DNA from: Trichoplax adhaerens
Taxonomy: Eukaryota > Animalia > Placozoa
Length of the DNA: 64,000 nucleotides
Direction: 5' to 3'
Assembly (NCBI RefSeq): GCF_000150275.1
Contig: NW_002060946.1
Location: 3,739,454-3,803,453 of the forward strand
Shown here one piece after another: positions 35,558 through 50,463 of the stretch. Numbering within the stretch: position 1 is the first letter of the stretch; each line of letters starts with the position of its first letter. Position numbers and translations under genes: made by a program. The notes under the pieces are model-generated. The model did not search any database. It worked only from the letters and a program-made list of their open reading frames with translations, and had not been told where the DNA came from.

Positions 35558-38333
35558 ATGAGCTGCGATCAATGGGTTAGTAAATTTGAAATTCAGCCTT
35601 CAAAAAATAATGAACTTGATGATCACGAAGTGGATGAAGATGAAGTGGATGTAGAAAACAATTGCCGATATGAATTTGCAGCCTCTCCTCTAGCTGGACG
35701 AGTATCTTACTATGAAGATGATGAAGGGCAGAAGTTAGAAAGAAATTTAGATAGTAAGTTTCCATATTCCTTCCTGTACAATCACTTCATTGCCATCGAT
35801 ATTAATATAAACTTTACGGCCAGATTGCGCGCACACACCCGCTTTAATGTTGTAGCTACTAAAGAAATCCTGTACTCTACTGTAGCGAACCAACATGACC
35901 AAATAATACGAGTTTATTCCTCTTCTTGAAATCGCTATCGAACTTACAGTAATCCATCGAAGTAGAGCTCCATAGTAAAAAAATATTCAATATTACTGAA
36001 GTTAAAGATCGAGTTATGGAACTCGTAATTAATTACTCCAACCAATTAGTCAATCGATCGACTTTGGTCATTATCTACATTCAGTAGTTACGTCCATTAT
36101 ACAGTAATTATCGTACGCATATCAACTACCAATGTTTCTTTTCTAATCTATCGGTGATAATAATTTAAACTATCTTTGAAGGTAGATAACATATAGTGCT
36201 ATTAACACATATAGAGCTGTCAAATCTGTCTAACTTTGATCGAATAGCTACAGTGAGTAATCTCAATATTTTTAATATTTCATCAATACTAGCAAATCGT
36301 TATTGATCAATCTAATGTCATTAGTAGTGAGTTCATTTTACGTCAACTTCGTATTAATTGCTGTCATATTGTACGAGCGGATCTCCCAACTTGTGAGCGC
36401 TTGCCTTTATTTAATTTATTACTAATTTTAGAACATAGTAAAGCGTTAATTAATTATCATTTTACCACGGCGAGTAATCATCACAATGACTCCTTCAATT
36501 ACTAAGAATAACTAATTAGTTGCTTATCTAGTTCAAATGATGTAGACCGAGATGCCAATTTAAATTGTCAATGTTACAATTTGAGTTTTAGTTATATTCG
36601 TATACAGCGCCCTAACCGTCCAATAGAACATTTTTACGCTCCCGTACCGATTGGGTACTTACTGTACATTTTTAGACGCAAATTGCTCCGAAGACTGGAT
36701 AAAGTACTTTTACCGTGCCGGGGCTCGTTCAGCTAAAAAATGAGATTGTAGCACTTAATTTTTTTTTTTGGGGGGGGGGAGAAGAATGCTGTTGCCAACT
36801 CACTCTAATGAAATTAATGTACGTGTATTTTTATTTAAATAGCATTAAGAGCTTTAACAACAAGAAGGAGTATAGCGGATTGTGAAAATCTCCTCAGATC
36901 AGGCGATATACCTTTGATGACTGGTGATAATAATCAAGGAGGAAGACATCGTCTACAAGATCTTAAATTTGAATCAGTCGCTGCCCGAACTGTAACTGAA
37001 GGCAAAAAGAAATTTGTGGTAAGGATTATACGCGTATCCTGGATGTCTTATTAACCTTAATCAAAGTTATTCTTGTACCGTAATATCCTACTTTCCAAGT
37101 TATAGCGCGTCTTTCATGCAAATAATTATCATCTCCTATATACGTATAGCACTCTGCTACGTTAAAAATGATACACCTTCTAGGCGTATTATTATACAGT
37201 ACCAAGAAATATCCAAGTGACTCGATGTAATACAGTATATATGTGTTATTGTTAGTAAGGCTTAATTTATAATCTAGAGAAAGCGATGAAAACTGGCAAA
37301 TTCGATCGGTTGCTTTAACTTGCAATATTGAATTAAATCATCATTTATATATTTCACAGAACATCACGTAAATTGAAAATATCTTGAAAATAGATGCTAT
37401 GATAAATACTATAGGAGAGAGTATTTCTGTAATTTGCAAGACCTCATTTTAATTCGGTTAACTTACAGTAAAATCTCGCTAAACACAGCAGTCACGTTTT
37501 TTTGTAGCTGACATGTACTGTACACGTATACAGTATGTCAAAATTTCCTTCGTGTTACGCCGTCTAGAAAAATTTATGTAGACTTTACTGTCATTGATAG
37601 TTCTTCACAATTTTCTGTCATTTAGCTCTATGCCCTAGCTCTGGTTAGGACTGACGATACAGATGAGATACCACCTATCATTGAGAGGCGATATTCACAG
37701 TTTGCAACATTGCATAAAGCGTTGTCATCGAGCCATCCACAAATTGTCAAAAAATTCAATTTCCCTCGAAAAGTTGCTATGGGTAACTTCAGCCAATCAA
37801 CTATTATTAAGCGAAGTACTGCCTTCCAAGATTACTTAAATTTAATTCTGAAAAGCTCTAATTATGATAGGGGAGATTCAGTGCCATATGCAAGTGTACG
37901 ATATACTAAAGCATTTGAAGAGTTTTTATATATCAGCGATCTACGTAAAGCATATCGAGCAATTCGAGACTCAGATTACTCTAGTGCTGCGGAACACTTA
38001 CGAATTGGACTTAATATACAACTAGCAGTACTAAGTTATAATCATCCAGAAGTTATTGGTACTATGTGTGCCGTTATTATTGTTTATAATGCTTTACAAC
38101 GCTATGTCTACGCTATTAATACTGCTGACACTACCTTGCAATGGATAGGAAATAGTACAGAATGCAAATACTATTTACCGCTACTGCAGGATTTAGTAAG
38201 ATTATCATTTAATGCTGGTTATAACAATGAAAAATATCAAAAATTATTAACTGTAGAATTAAAAAATAGAAATATGCTAACAAGTAATATAGCATCCCTA
38301 TCAGAGCTAGTATTCAACACGTTTCAAGATTAG
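35558..38333 (+). CDS. SNX21: Sorting nexin 20/21 orthologue (PX plus PXB/TPR-like domain), 3 exons
   Basis: Exons 35558-35753, 36843-37018, 37626-38333 splice in frame: acidic N-terminus, then LKFESVAARTVTEGKKKFV|LYALAL...IERRYSQFATLHKAL...FPRKVAMGNFSQSTIIKRSTAFQDYL (PX domain), then a helical C-terminal domain. Co-orthologous to SNX20 and SNX21. Confidence 0.85.
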
Positions 38334-39516
38334 TAATATTCCTAAGGAGAAATTCCAATGATTGTTGAATATGATTACTTTTTTGCGACAAAAACAAAGC
38401 AAAATTATCTATGTATACAAGTGCCAAAAATAATTGGAGATATCATGCCTGTAATCAAATTTATATTAAATTAAATTTAAATTTTGTAATAGCTGTCTTA
38501 ATCAACCTTTTATTCTTATAATGAGTTTTTGTTAAGATAATATTATTAATAACTTACTAGTATATCGTTATTACTTACGATTGGTTTGTCAAATATACTA
38601 CAAGGTACATGTTGCAATTCATTGTTAATTTAGAAACTTAAACTCTTATTGCTAATATATTAGGCACTGACATCTATAGAGATTCTACATTATTAAAGTA
38701 CGATATTTTCATCTGGTAAAGAAAAGATAGATGATCGAATTGATGAATTAAGTGACAGCGTCTAGTAATGTAACTTAGTATAGATTAATATATTCATTTA
38801 TCTTCAATGCATACAGCATTTCTGAAAGTTGCACATGTAATTTGATTAAGTACCGTACATTATAGTAACTAGTCTAAATAATAATATTATAATGCTTTAA
38901 AGCCAACAACGTGTAAAACCATACTTTGCATCTGTTTATGTAACAATTGTAATAGCAATTGACAAATTCTCTCAAAATTGTTTCTGGTTAAAATGTCTAT
39001 GATCAGATTCTTTCATTAATAAAGTCAACTGATTGCGCTATAATTAATAATACCTTTTATTATATCATAGTAACTTTGATAAATCGACGTAGCTATAGTG
39101 ATTAATTTCCGGGAGTTTTTGCATGAAATTGTAAAATCGTAGCTTCTTTTATTTTCATGAATGTAATGTAGTAATTAGTATTTTACCGAGAATGTATCAT
39201 TATAGCCTGGTAGATCGACCTGGTGGTAATTAAATTCCGAGAGTCTTACATTAAATTGTAAAACTGTAGCTTCTTCTACTTTTATTTGGTGTATAGAACT
39301 TATCAGCACCTGAATATAATGTAGTAATCAGTATTTTACAAAGAAAACAGGGAAACAATACTATGAGGTGGTGAAGGAGGCGGCATGTAACTAGATAAAT
39401 TTTTATAACTTTCGCAGTCAAGTTTAAAAAAAAATGCAATTCTGGTAAGAATATCTTAAGCAGAAAAAATTAATATCGCGGTACTGTACACAGATATCAT
39501 TTTCATTTACATTAAG

Positions 39517-42500
39517 TTATATATATATATATATATATACAGTTTTTAATAATAATAATATAATATACAAGTCGTATATTTCTAATAAAATCACATGAAG
39601 ATACTGATGAGCCAATGCAACTAGAAACCGACGCTTTCTACTTCTCATTGCATGTAGTAGTATGTCTGTGGAATTATATGAATTAAGCTCCGGCTGATTC
39701 AAGCAAGACATCTAAAAATTTAAAAAACGTAAAATATAAGAATTGAATGATTTTAACTCAGTTTATACTACGCACATTGGCTATAAAAATAAATACTTTT
39801 GTTACTAACCGCAATTTGTTGTTTGTCGTACTCTCCTCTCATTGAGTGTAGATCTGTATTTTTTAAACAAAATTTCTGTAATTAATACAATCTAATAACA
39901 GTAATAAACTTTCGAAAAATACTTGATAACATACGAATTATAGCCTCTAAGATTGTTGTCTCCCATATACAATGATAATAGGTCTCCATTGCATCCTCAC
40001 TGGAATTAAATTTGTGCATACGTATGAAAAGAAAATGGTTAAAAAAGACAGCCTTCAAGTAGCTATTGATAGATTGTAAACTAGCATTATCTATACCTAT
40101 TGTGTTGTTGTACAGCACGTATAGCCATATTAAAATCGACAGGAGTAAGAAATTGGCATAAGACAGCTGCCTGTAAGATAAACGAAATTTACTTAGTATA
40201 TCCTGCTATTTTAAAACATAAATTATTTAATAGAGATGAACATAAAAGTTAAGTTACTGCATAAGACATAAACCTGCGTGTGGCAAAATAAAGCTGAACA
40301 ACATGATATCATTCTGCGATAAACCTGAAAGAAAGATTTTTAAATTCATTATGAAAAGCTACAGATAGAATACATCTACAAGAAATTTATCTCTGTATCT
40401 CCAGTATTTACTAAATCATCCCAAATATCGGTAGGAACTTCGTTTAAAAAATATGACGATGAAATGGCTCCAGCTTCGATATAATTCCTGAGAGATGTAG
40501 GATATTTTCTAATAACTGTAAGAAATGTAATGAAACTTTTTGTAATTAAAAGTGGATAGGTGAAATATTCCAAAAAGGAATTCGCTACTTAGTAAATTAA
40601 CTTACTATAATTGAAGTCTCCTTGAGTACGCAACCAAGAAGTATCCATCGGATAAATGGATAGTGCATGACGTAATAATTCCATTGTTGTTAATAACAGT
40701 GTATCCTGACTCCCTACATAGACTCTACATAAAGATTCCCAGAAATTTATTAGACGAACAAATAGATTAGCGATATAACATTATGCTTACAGATTCTTGT
40801 TAATACAGCCTTCCCATACTGGCAGAAATCGACAGTAGGTTTGTTCTTTCTCACTAACGTCCTTAGGACTTTGCTGAGAAAGAAAAAATGTTTGTCACTA
40901 TCTGAACCAATAGTTATTATGAAATATTCAAATCATCGTTTTCATAAAATGGCAAATTACCTTCAGATTATTTAGTAACTTGACAAGACATGACAGTAGT
41001 ATACTTAGGACTATTGGATCCTACATTATCAGATACGAACAGAATAAAAAGCAAATTACTTGCAGGGAAATAATTAAAGCAAATAAACTATAATATTGAC
41101 ATAGCATTACTCTAATCTTTGTGCAGAAACCGATAAATTCCGAGCTATTAACAAATTGAACATTCAGTTAGCAAATATCAAATACATGATCTCAATAATC
41201 GATAACAGTATTAAAAATTTCTTATTATGGTATGTACCGTTCCATATGACATCCAGAGTAACGAACACTAATAGCTTTATCGTTACGATAAACGGTGACT
41301 TCGAATATGCCTAGTACTGATGCAAAAAGGTAATTATTTATGATATTTTCAACTAAGAATTTGCAACATTATTTAACTGATTGATAATAAAATGCTAATA
41401 TTACCTGTATTCAACAGTTGCATGGTTTGATTTACATCACTCATACTCGATTCATTAACGCTTAAACACACCCTTGCTAATTTTCCTGAGAGCTATTTAA
41501 AAGTAAAGATGTAATAAACTTAATCCATTTTTAGTCACTATATATTAATATATTGATTTATTACCTCTAATATTCTGTTTTGTCGACAATCTACGCTATA
41601 TAACGACCACTTTTTAAAAGCATCCCATAGTTTGCAGTTCAATAAGAATGCAGAACAACTTTCGACTACGAAAGCATTTGGTAAAACATCTGTAATTAAG
41701 AATGAAATTTTAAGTTCATCTTGACAATCAGTCCGTCAGTAAAATAAGGCTTAAATCCTAAGTAAAAAATGTAATTGTCATTAATTATTATTTTTATCTT
41801 CAGAAACGAAATCTTACTTGGACATTGTGGTACCGGACTCATGATAGAAATAACTTGATCTCGCAAATCATAAAGCAGACTTCTGCGTAAATTTATTTAT
41901 AAATGCTGTTAGGTAAAAGTAACTGAAATAACTTATTAACAAGAATAATACCTCTTATTATTAATATCTTCTTCAACTTCAAAACCAAGGACCTCAACTG
42001 CCAGTACATGTTGATCAACTATTCTTAAAAGCTGAACTTGCGATCTTTTATCGAATATTGTATTAAGAACTTGATCCTTGCAACAACTGCCAAGAAGCTT
42101 TGCTTGATCAAAATTCTTTCGTTACGAGCAATAAATATATATACAGTAGTCAATTAGTTTTAATTATAGTGATGATATCGTTAGCTAACAATGTTACCTT
42201 TAATTGCAAGCAATGTGCCGCTTTCGAAAGTAATATATAAACAAGATCGCGAATATTTGCATCTTGCACAATTTCACGCAGGATATCCAAGTTGAAATTG
42301 GCTGGCAGGAGCTAGTGTATATCATTGCAGTACGGTTAGCAAAGAATAACCTTATCGCAAAAACATCATAAATCTAACCTTTGTACACACACTTGAGTAT
42401 TGAATATGCGGATTTAATTCTCGAAGTCTCTTTACAACACAACAGATATGATCAGGCTTAAATGATGTTAATAGCTCATATTTTAACTGTCCCTCATCTA

Positions 42501-45482
42501 AATTTTGATAATCACGTAAACCTGTCCATATGAAATTAAAGAAATATTGTCATTTAAATGCTTATTTAACAAAAACATTTCTTTACGCATTTCATTGTAA
42601 TTACCAGTGATATGTTTCTTCGAAGCTATAGATAACGCATCTACTAGAGTAATGTCAGGAGTATTTGCTAGGTCCTTATCGTTATTACAGCTAACATCCT
42701 ACATTGAAAAATTTAATCAATTTTTCAAAATTCTTATTTTAAGAAAATTAAAATGATACTTTATAACTTTGTTACCTCCATATTCACTTCAGTCTCTTTA
42801 TTAATCGTGGAATTGGATAAGATAGCCATAGAAGCCGCTAAATATCCATTTAAAGACTTGTCGTCTATAAAGCCAAATGTTATGATTCTGTTGATATCCT
42901 ATAATAGGAGAAATAATAATTTTGAAAAGCCTCATACAACAGCCATTATTAATATTATTGTCATTATTCTATAATAGCGTCTTAAAATAGGGTATAGCTT
43001 AAAATGAGTACCTCTTCGCCTAATTTCTTTACTTTTTGAAATAGACTTAGAGCTTCCTGATATTGTTGGCGGAAGAAATAGATTGTTCCTAATTCGTAAC
43101 TTATCTAGTATATAAAGAGGTCACGTATAAATAATAGAAAGCATTATCTACGCGTATGATACAGTAAATACCGTAAAACTTATTGTAAAGTTGATGCTAT
43201 AATATAACCTGGCATATCATTTGATTAGTCATTATAGTTTTGTTTAAAGTATTATAAATAGCGAAATCAGGATTAGATAGCAAATCGCTGCTGTCGAATA
43301 GGTGATGGATAACTGAATATGGAAGATTTCTAGGAGATAATAAGGCTTGCTGAAGAAATTCTATAGATACATCGGCGGATTTCGATACCTTGCAAGTAAT
43401 TCATGAAAAGTTATCTTAAAATTACATTGTAAGCTTCGATGGTTATTATTATTATATTTTTAAGAAATTATTGTTTATTACCACTTCATAAACTTGAGGA
43501 TTACTTATCTGCAGTAAAGACTGCTGTTCACCGGACTGAGATCTTAAAGAGTAATTGATTAATTAGCTGGTAAAGAAATACATATTTTAGTCTACAATTT
43601 TTCACTTTAATTGGTGCATACAAGATTTGAATTGCTGGTTGTACAGGATCATATAGTATCGAATTTTTAATTGTTTTTCTAATATTCCTAATTAGAAGAA
43701 ATGAAGAGGTTCATTATCAAGTATTTAATAGCTACAGGCTAGCGGGAAATTAATTGTAATTTAAAGTGCAGCTATGGTAAGGTTAAAAGTTACCACATAT
43801 GATAAAAGCAAAGGATTAAGTAGGACTCATCATTTAAATCAGCAACTTTAATATTAGTCCAATTCTCCTATAATGAATAAGATTAAAAATGAAATCAGGG
43901 CGCAGTATGATAACACTATAACCCAGTTATTTCATCTACTGTCAAGCTTTAGTAAAATATAATATTTTAATGAAAAGAATAGAAAGCTGTAATTCTTACA
44001 CAGGGACGTATTGCTTTCTTTATCAATTCACTCATGAGTAAATATTGCGATGACAATTGTAGGCTAAAAATAAGATTCAATTTTAGACATTATTTCGAAG
44101 AATGGATCTATTCACTCTTCAAGAATGATATATTTTAATTTTATATCGGATGCTGTTAGTAAAGTATACTTTACCAATCGTTAAGCCTGGTTAAATCCCA
44201 ATTCAATACGACTATTGAATACATGATATAATAACGAGTAATATATAATTTATATCCATATTTTTGTTGCTTCTTATCCTTGGTATCCATGACACTCTCT
44301 ATCTGATCGTCATTATTAGCCTAGAATGTGTAAATAGGCAAGTATACATATTGGAATGAGATTATCGCTTTTAGTACAGCATGAGATGGTCATTGAGCTC
44401 TATACTAAGCTATACTGTACTGTGCTGTACAAACGTGTGCTGAAAGTTCGTCGTCCACCCCTATCGATCAATTTGTGATGGAAGTGGATGAACTCTTACT
44501 GTACGGTGTAGATATTTGTAATTGATATGCTTTGTACAGTAAAGAAATTTGTAATTGGTAGATATACACAGATGGATTGTGTCTATTGCACTTTTAGAAA
44601 TAGTAACAAATGAGCCAATTTTACGTTCATAACAGTGATAAGATGCTTGCACTTTGAGCGTTTTAGCAAAATTTATTATTGATCGGCCTTGTAGCAACAA
44701 TATCGCTGGACTAGCAATGATTATGATAGTGGATTTGTTTGGATGGAATACATATATGATTCTGGACTGTAGATACCGATTTCGTAAATAGCAATTTCAT
44801 ACCAATGTGGAATTGTTGTCGGCTTGAAGAGCAAAATAAACGAAGGACGGATTTTCTCTACTTTCTAGCTGTCGTACGATCATTTGTAATGTCTTCCCAG
44901 CTGTAAAGAGATTGAAATAATATTATCTCCATTCAATAAAATATAGCCATAGAAAAAATTTGAATACTCGCATAGGCTAACTCGACTACCATTTCTTATT
45001 GATCATACAATAGACTACTTGAGTGAAATGTTGTACGTACGTTTCTATCCATTCACACGCAACACTACCAGTCACTTAATAATACAGTACTGTGTCCTGT
45101 TACCTTTTCTCAACCTTGTACTTATTGCAGTGTTGATTTACTCCATTTAAATTATACTCATGTATATTCACATTATTGATAAACTTGAAAGAGAGGACAA
45201 TTTCTATGATCAAATTATCCTGTACTAATTCAATTTAATATTTGTTTGTAAAGTATCCATGCAAAAAATAGACTTTCCTATTTCGTTACGAATACAACGT
45301 CTGACATTGAATGGTCATGTTGCTAACACACTCATTGGAATCGCTTCCTTTTTCAAAGAATGCCATTTCTATCCGTACATACTTTGAGCAGGATCCAGTA
45401 GATGCGTGTCGAATTTTTTCAGATCGGTAAAATAGTCCCAATAGGTCGTTAGTTCTGGTTTGTCTAATTCACGGTGATCCAT
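39517..45482 (-). CDS. INTS8: Integrator complex subunit 8, multi-exon
   Basis: Exon 1 45482-45383 (MDHRELDKPELTTYWDYFTDLKKFDTHL); LNWDLTRL; C-terminal motifs NYIEAGAISSSYF..VPTDIW, VYRRMISCCSALFCHTQAAVLCQFL, DAMETYYHCIWETTILE, LNQPELNSYN..RKRRFLVALAHQY. The exact stop is uncertain: read-through to 39517, or a short last exon ending ~39361. Confidence 0.88.
39518..39539. repeat. (TA)n microsatellite
   Basis: About 11 TA units read directly. Confidence 0.8.
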
Positions 45483-46520
45483 TTTGGCTTTTTTTTCTCT
45501 CTCTCTTCTTCTTCCTTATTCTAAAATGCAATGAAATTGGCAGAGAGAAACGCGCGCCTAAAATAGAATGAGGTAGCACAAGTTTGTTGGGATGAGCTGT
45601 GGTAGGACGTTTGCGGTGAACTGACCTGCGGACTTCACCACACCACACGTCATGGTGTAAGTACAGTGCTATAGTAATCATTGTATGGCTACTATTGAGT
45701 GTCGCGTATCGTTTAAAGGTATTGCTATGGGCTGTTGCGAGCACAGTACAGTACGGTGCAGCCACTAAAATCGTGGATACAGTCAGTCATCGTAAACTAT
45801 GGGTCAGCCGCAGTACCAGTATGTATTGTATCATTGAGATTTTCTTACCCCTATAGAGACTGTACATTTGTACAATGTAGAGTGCAAAGTCAAAAGGAAT
45901 TTTCTCTATTTCCAATATTATTTTGCCTCTATCGATCGAAGATTGCTTCTAGAAATGGTATTTCTACTAGTCGATGCCTATGCCACTGTAGAAATATACC
46001 CGCAGTATATTTCTACAAGTCTATAGCACCAGTAGGCAGCAGACGTATGCAGTGCATTTCCTGTAGTGTTCTGTATGAGTGTGTACGTACAGCTGTACAT
46101 CTGTTACACTTCAATCACTAGTATGGATTAAGTGAAGAGACGCAGTGTCCATGGGCCACCATAATATACTGTATAGTGAAAGAATACTGGTTAGGGGAAA
46201 TTGTTAAAATGGTAATGTTAATTCCTTGTCAAGGTTAATGAGTTCAACCGAGTTTATTAATCAGTCAATGACATTCCAACAGATGTAGGAGTATAGCGAG
46301 AGTCTATTGTGCTCATACTCTTCATATTACCGACGAATACTGATAGCATTGAATGGCACTGATAATAGACAACTTCTACTAGATACGGACTAGATAAGAT
46401 TGACTTATCTACCACAGTAGGACAATCGAAAGCAGACACTCATTGACTCAGCTGGTGCCAACCCCAATTCATCTCCATTTTTTCTGTAGCCCTCTTTCTA
46501 CACAGTTCCACTGAATTGAA

Positions 46521-49500
46521 ATGGCTAATTTAAAGCTAATTGTGGCAAATCACTGTTATATCTTTCTACTCTTTATTATTACATTCATTTCCAACTATCC
46601 GAGTAATGTTGTTGCTAATATCGATGTTAAGAAATCCATCGTTTATGGACCTGGATTAATCGCGGATGCCGCATTACCTGCCCGTTATTTTTTGATACAA
46701 GCTCGAGATAAACCAGGAAGGAAGTAAGATTGATAGCAATACCTTTAGATCGCTAAACCGAATCAAATAAGGAAATTATGCAGTCAACGTATTTTATTCT
46801 CACGTTCATCAAATCGTACAATTCTAATTGAGGTTAAAGTATTCAACGCCCACACTAGATGTACATTGTACAGAACAGTACAGTCATCATAGCTCGATTT
46901 ACTTTCCATCTTGTTGAGTATCAAGCATCATTGCTACTATGAACTAAATCACAACAATACTCGTATGTCCTTGAAGTGAATTAATCTAAAAATTTATATC
47001 ATAAACGCTCTACAAACTTCTTTGCCATTAAACATACATAAGACTGTATCGAAATATACAGTATACTAGCGTTAAAATAATGCAGTTAGATTGAACCATC
47101 ATGAAATAGCATGAACAACGTGAAGATGCTATTACCCTTGAAAATACAATAAAGTCGAGACTACATATATAGAAATACTAAATTATTAATAAATAACCAT
47201 AGTAATTGAGAGTATATTGTACTTTGAATGAATTATTTATAAGTGCTTACGAAATATCTTCGTAAATGCACAATAACTTAATTACGTGTGAAAATATTGT
47301 GGTAGAAATAGCTTCTTAGTAACATACTCTTTCCTATCGTTACTATCAATATGATTATAGTATTAGCTATGATATAAGCGAAGATAGCTTTGATATCTCT
47401 ATTGGCCCTCCGAATGAACGAGGAAGAATTTGGGTACAAAAATATAAATATAGCAGAGGCAGAGTACTAGTAAGATATCGTATGTTCCAGAGCTATCGTG
47501 ATATTCAAATCCAAATCCTTTATAAAGGGAAACATGTGGCCAACTCTCCGTATTGGTTAAAAGGTTATTATCCGTATGTACCTCGCTCTGTTCTCTCGAG
47601 TGATACTATTAATATGTTTTTCTTTCATTAAAATATTTTTTGCTCATCAAATTATCATTGAATTTGATCAGTATAAACTAAAACATATCTGATACTAATC
47701 ATATCGAACCTTTGTTCTTACTATAAACATTACACTGTACACTGTCCATCTTAACTTGGTATAGGAGGTGTATATCATGAAGAATGCCATTGTCCGATGC
47801 AAGATACTCAGAAATGGCTACAAGCAATGAATTGTAATTTAAATCAATCTCAAATTGAGCGAGATCTAGCAAAATTTCAAAAAGTAAACCTGAAAAGTTT
47901 AAGGCAAGAGGGGCTCGATCGCTTTGGAAAACACCATGCAATCTGCCATTACTCCGTTATATCAAATAAGGTTAGAATACTATAACATTGAATTTCTCCA
48001 TCGTTCTGATCGATCTAATAGTAAATTAACGAGCTGGTTATTATTGTGTTAATCGACCAATAAACTATATACAATGAATTATTGTTGTTTCAGTGATTAC
48101 TATAATATATATTTATGTACTGTACATCGAATATAGGTTGCATTTGGTCGACTACTTTGATTAATTTAATTTAGAAGATACTATAGTTTATAAATGCAGT
48201 TACATGCACGCGTACGCGTAGAGTCACAAAGAAAATTTCCTATTTTATTGTCATCCAAATGTAACCATAAACATACAATCCAAGTACGGCTATTTAGCTA
48301 AAATTTTGGATCAAGTGTAGAGTTGCTTTTACCCTAAAAAATAGTTTAGCGATATGATGATCATATCATATTATCTTAATTGACTGAAGTATATTATACT
48401 GTATTTGTGAACTAAATGAATAGGTCTACAGAAACTGCTATGGAGAGCATGTAGGATTTAAAATGTTTATGGATGCTATTTTGCTATCCTTAGCGAGAAA
48501 GGTAAGGCACTTTCAATTTTTTAAGGGCATATCGCATTATAGGCTACGTCTTTTCTTTTAAATCACAACCCTATAATGATCACCATGTCAGTTAATTAAC
48601 TAAGGATTATTAGTAGAATCGTACAATATGACCTATATTAATTTTAGAGCACTGTTTAATTTAAAATGAGCGCTGCAAAACCATTGGTAGTCATGCTCAA
48701 TATACACGACTATAATATACGAGTATATCTATCTGAAAAATAAGGTCGATAAGAATTAGAATGATTGGAATATCCAGTGTCACTGTAGATTAAATATTAT
48801 TAGATACGGAAATGCTTTCATTTTTTACTGCAACAGAAATTATTATTACTTTTGTATGATTGAAATCCCCTAATAGCTTGCATTACAATATTTGTACAAT
48901 TTTAATAGGTAAAACTTCCAGACCTAGAGTTCATCTCAAATCTAGGAGATTGGCCGCTAGAAAATCAGCAAAATAATTTAATTCCTATCTTCTCATGGTG
49001 TGGATCAGAAACCACTAGCGACATTGTGATGCCAACATATGATTTAACACAATCAACGTTAGAGATGATGGGCAGGTAAAATTATTCAGTCTTAATAAAG
49101 AGGCAGTCCAATGATTTATTCGTTAAAACAGAAAAATAGATATCAAATTTAAACGTTAGCTTTGGATTACTTAGACTAATTTTAGAATTTATAGGGAGTA
49201 ATTTACATTTTATCGGAATATTTTATCTCTAGAGTTTCTGTCGATGTACTTGCCGTTCAAGGAAGTACTGGTCCAAAATGGAAGGATAAAATTGAAAAAG
49301 GATTTTGGCGAGGCCGTGATAGTCGACAAGAGAGACTGAATTTAGTTATAATGGGAAGAAACAACACTGACTTAATGGATACGGCTTTAACCAATTTCTT
49401 TTTCTTTAAGCATGATGAAGCATTATATGGGCCTATACAAAAGCATATCTCGTTGTTCGATTTTTTTAAGGTAAGACCATACTTTACAAATTATCCTAAT

Positions 49501-50463
49501 TTTATGAAATAAATAAATTGGTTAATCCTACTTTAAGAATATCTACTTAACAATGTAGCAAATTTTTATCATTGCTTAATGCTAATGCAATTTTAAATTC
49601 ATTACTAATTAATTTACTCTTTGCCGTCTTTCTATTAGTATAAGTACCAGATAACACTCGATGGTACAGTTGCTGCTTACAGAGTACCATATATTCTTGC
49701 CGGTGACTCCCTAGTATTAAAGCAGGATTCAGAATATTATGAACATTTCTACAAGGATCTAAAGGCTTGGACACATTACGTCCCTATAAAGAGAGATTTA
49801 AGTGATTTAATTGAAAAAATTAAATGGGCAAAAAACAATGATAAACAGGTTTACTATTTTTGCTATAGTTAGTTTTTATTGCGTATTTTTTTGGCTCCAA
49901 ATATCCATTTAACGATTTGATAAATTCTTGCTAATCATACTGTCTACCTTACATTTTAGGCAAAAACAATTGCCCAAAATGCCCAACAATTTGTTTTAGA
50001 CAATTTACTTCCAGATCCAATTTTTTGTTACCATTGGCAGTTATTTAATGTAAGCTAAATTGAGGTGGTTGATTATCATCACTACTTTTGTGTAATCTTA
50101 TGTCCATTACGTTTCTCTTACTAATATTTTTCGAGATTGAATAATAATTCTAATAAAGCACTAAAAATTTTTGCCATTTAAATTAAGGAATACTCTAAAC
50201 GTTTAACTTCAAAACCTCGAAGAAGAAAAGGCATGGAGCGAGTTGAAGAAGAAGATAAGTCAAGAAGCGATTGCAACTGCGAGAGAAGAGACAAGGTGCT
50301 GTATATTTGTCATTTAATCTTTAGCTTTAATCATGATAGTTAAAGTTGACTTTTTGTGTAAATCATATTTGTAATATCCATTCGATTCGCACATATACTT
50401 TGCTTTTTTTTTAATTTAATGAATCGAATTGTTTAATTATCAAAGGTTCGTGATGAGTTGTAA
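46521..50463 (+). CDS. POGLUT2: KDEL motif-containing protein / protein O-glucosyltransferase 2/3 orthologue (signal peptide, filamin repeat, GT90/CAP10 domain, C-terminal RDEL)
   Basis: Hydrophobic N-terminus; [20 protein letters not shown]; VRYRMF..HVANSPY.LKG; YHEECHCP; [37 protein letters not shown]; PIFSWCGS; [12 protein letters not shown]; [18 protein letters not shown]; ends at an 18-nt coding exon 50446-50463 (VRDEL*). Co-orthologous to KDELC1 and KDELC2. Confidence 0.93.

Noticed and set aside
45104-45205. Extra INTS8 exon (KIVLSFKFINN...KVEKR)
   Set aside because: It has plausible splice sites, but its phase does not join the homologous downstream frame. Exon 1 splices in phase directly to the exon at ~44900-44803.
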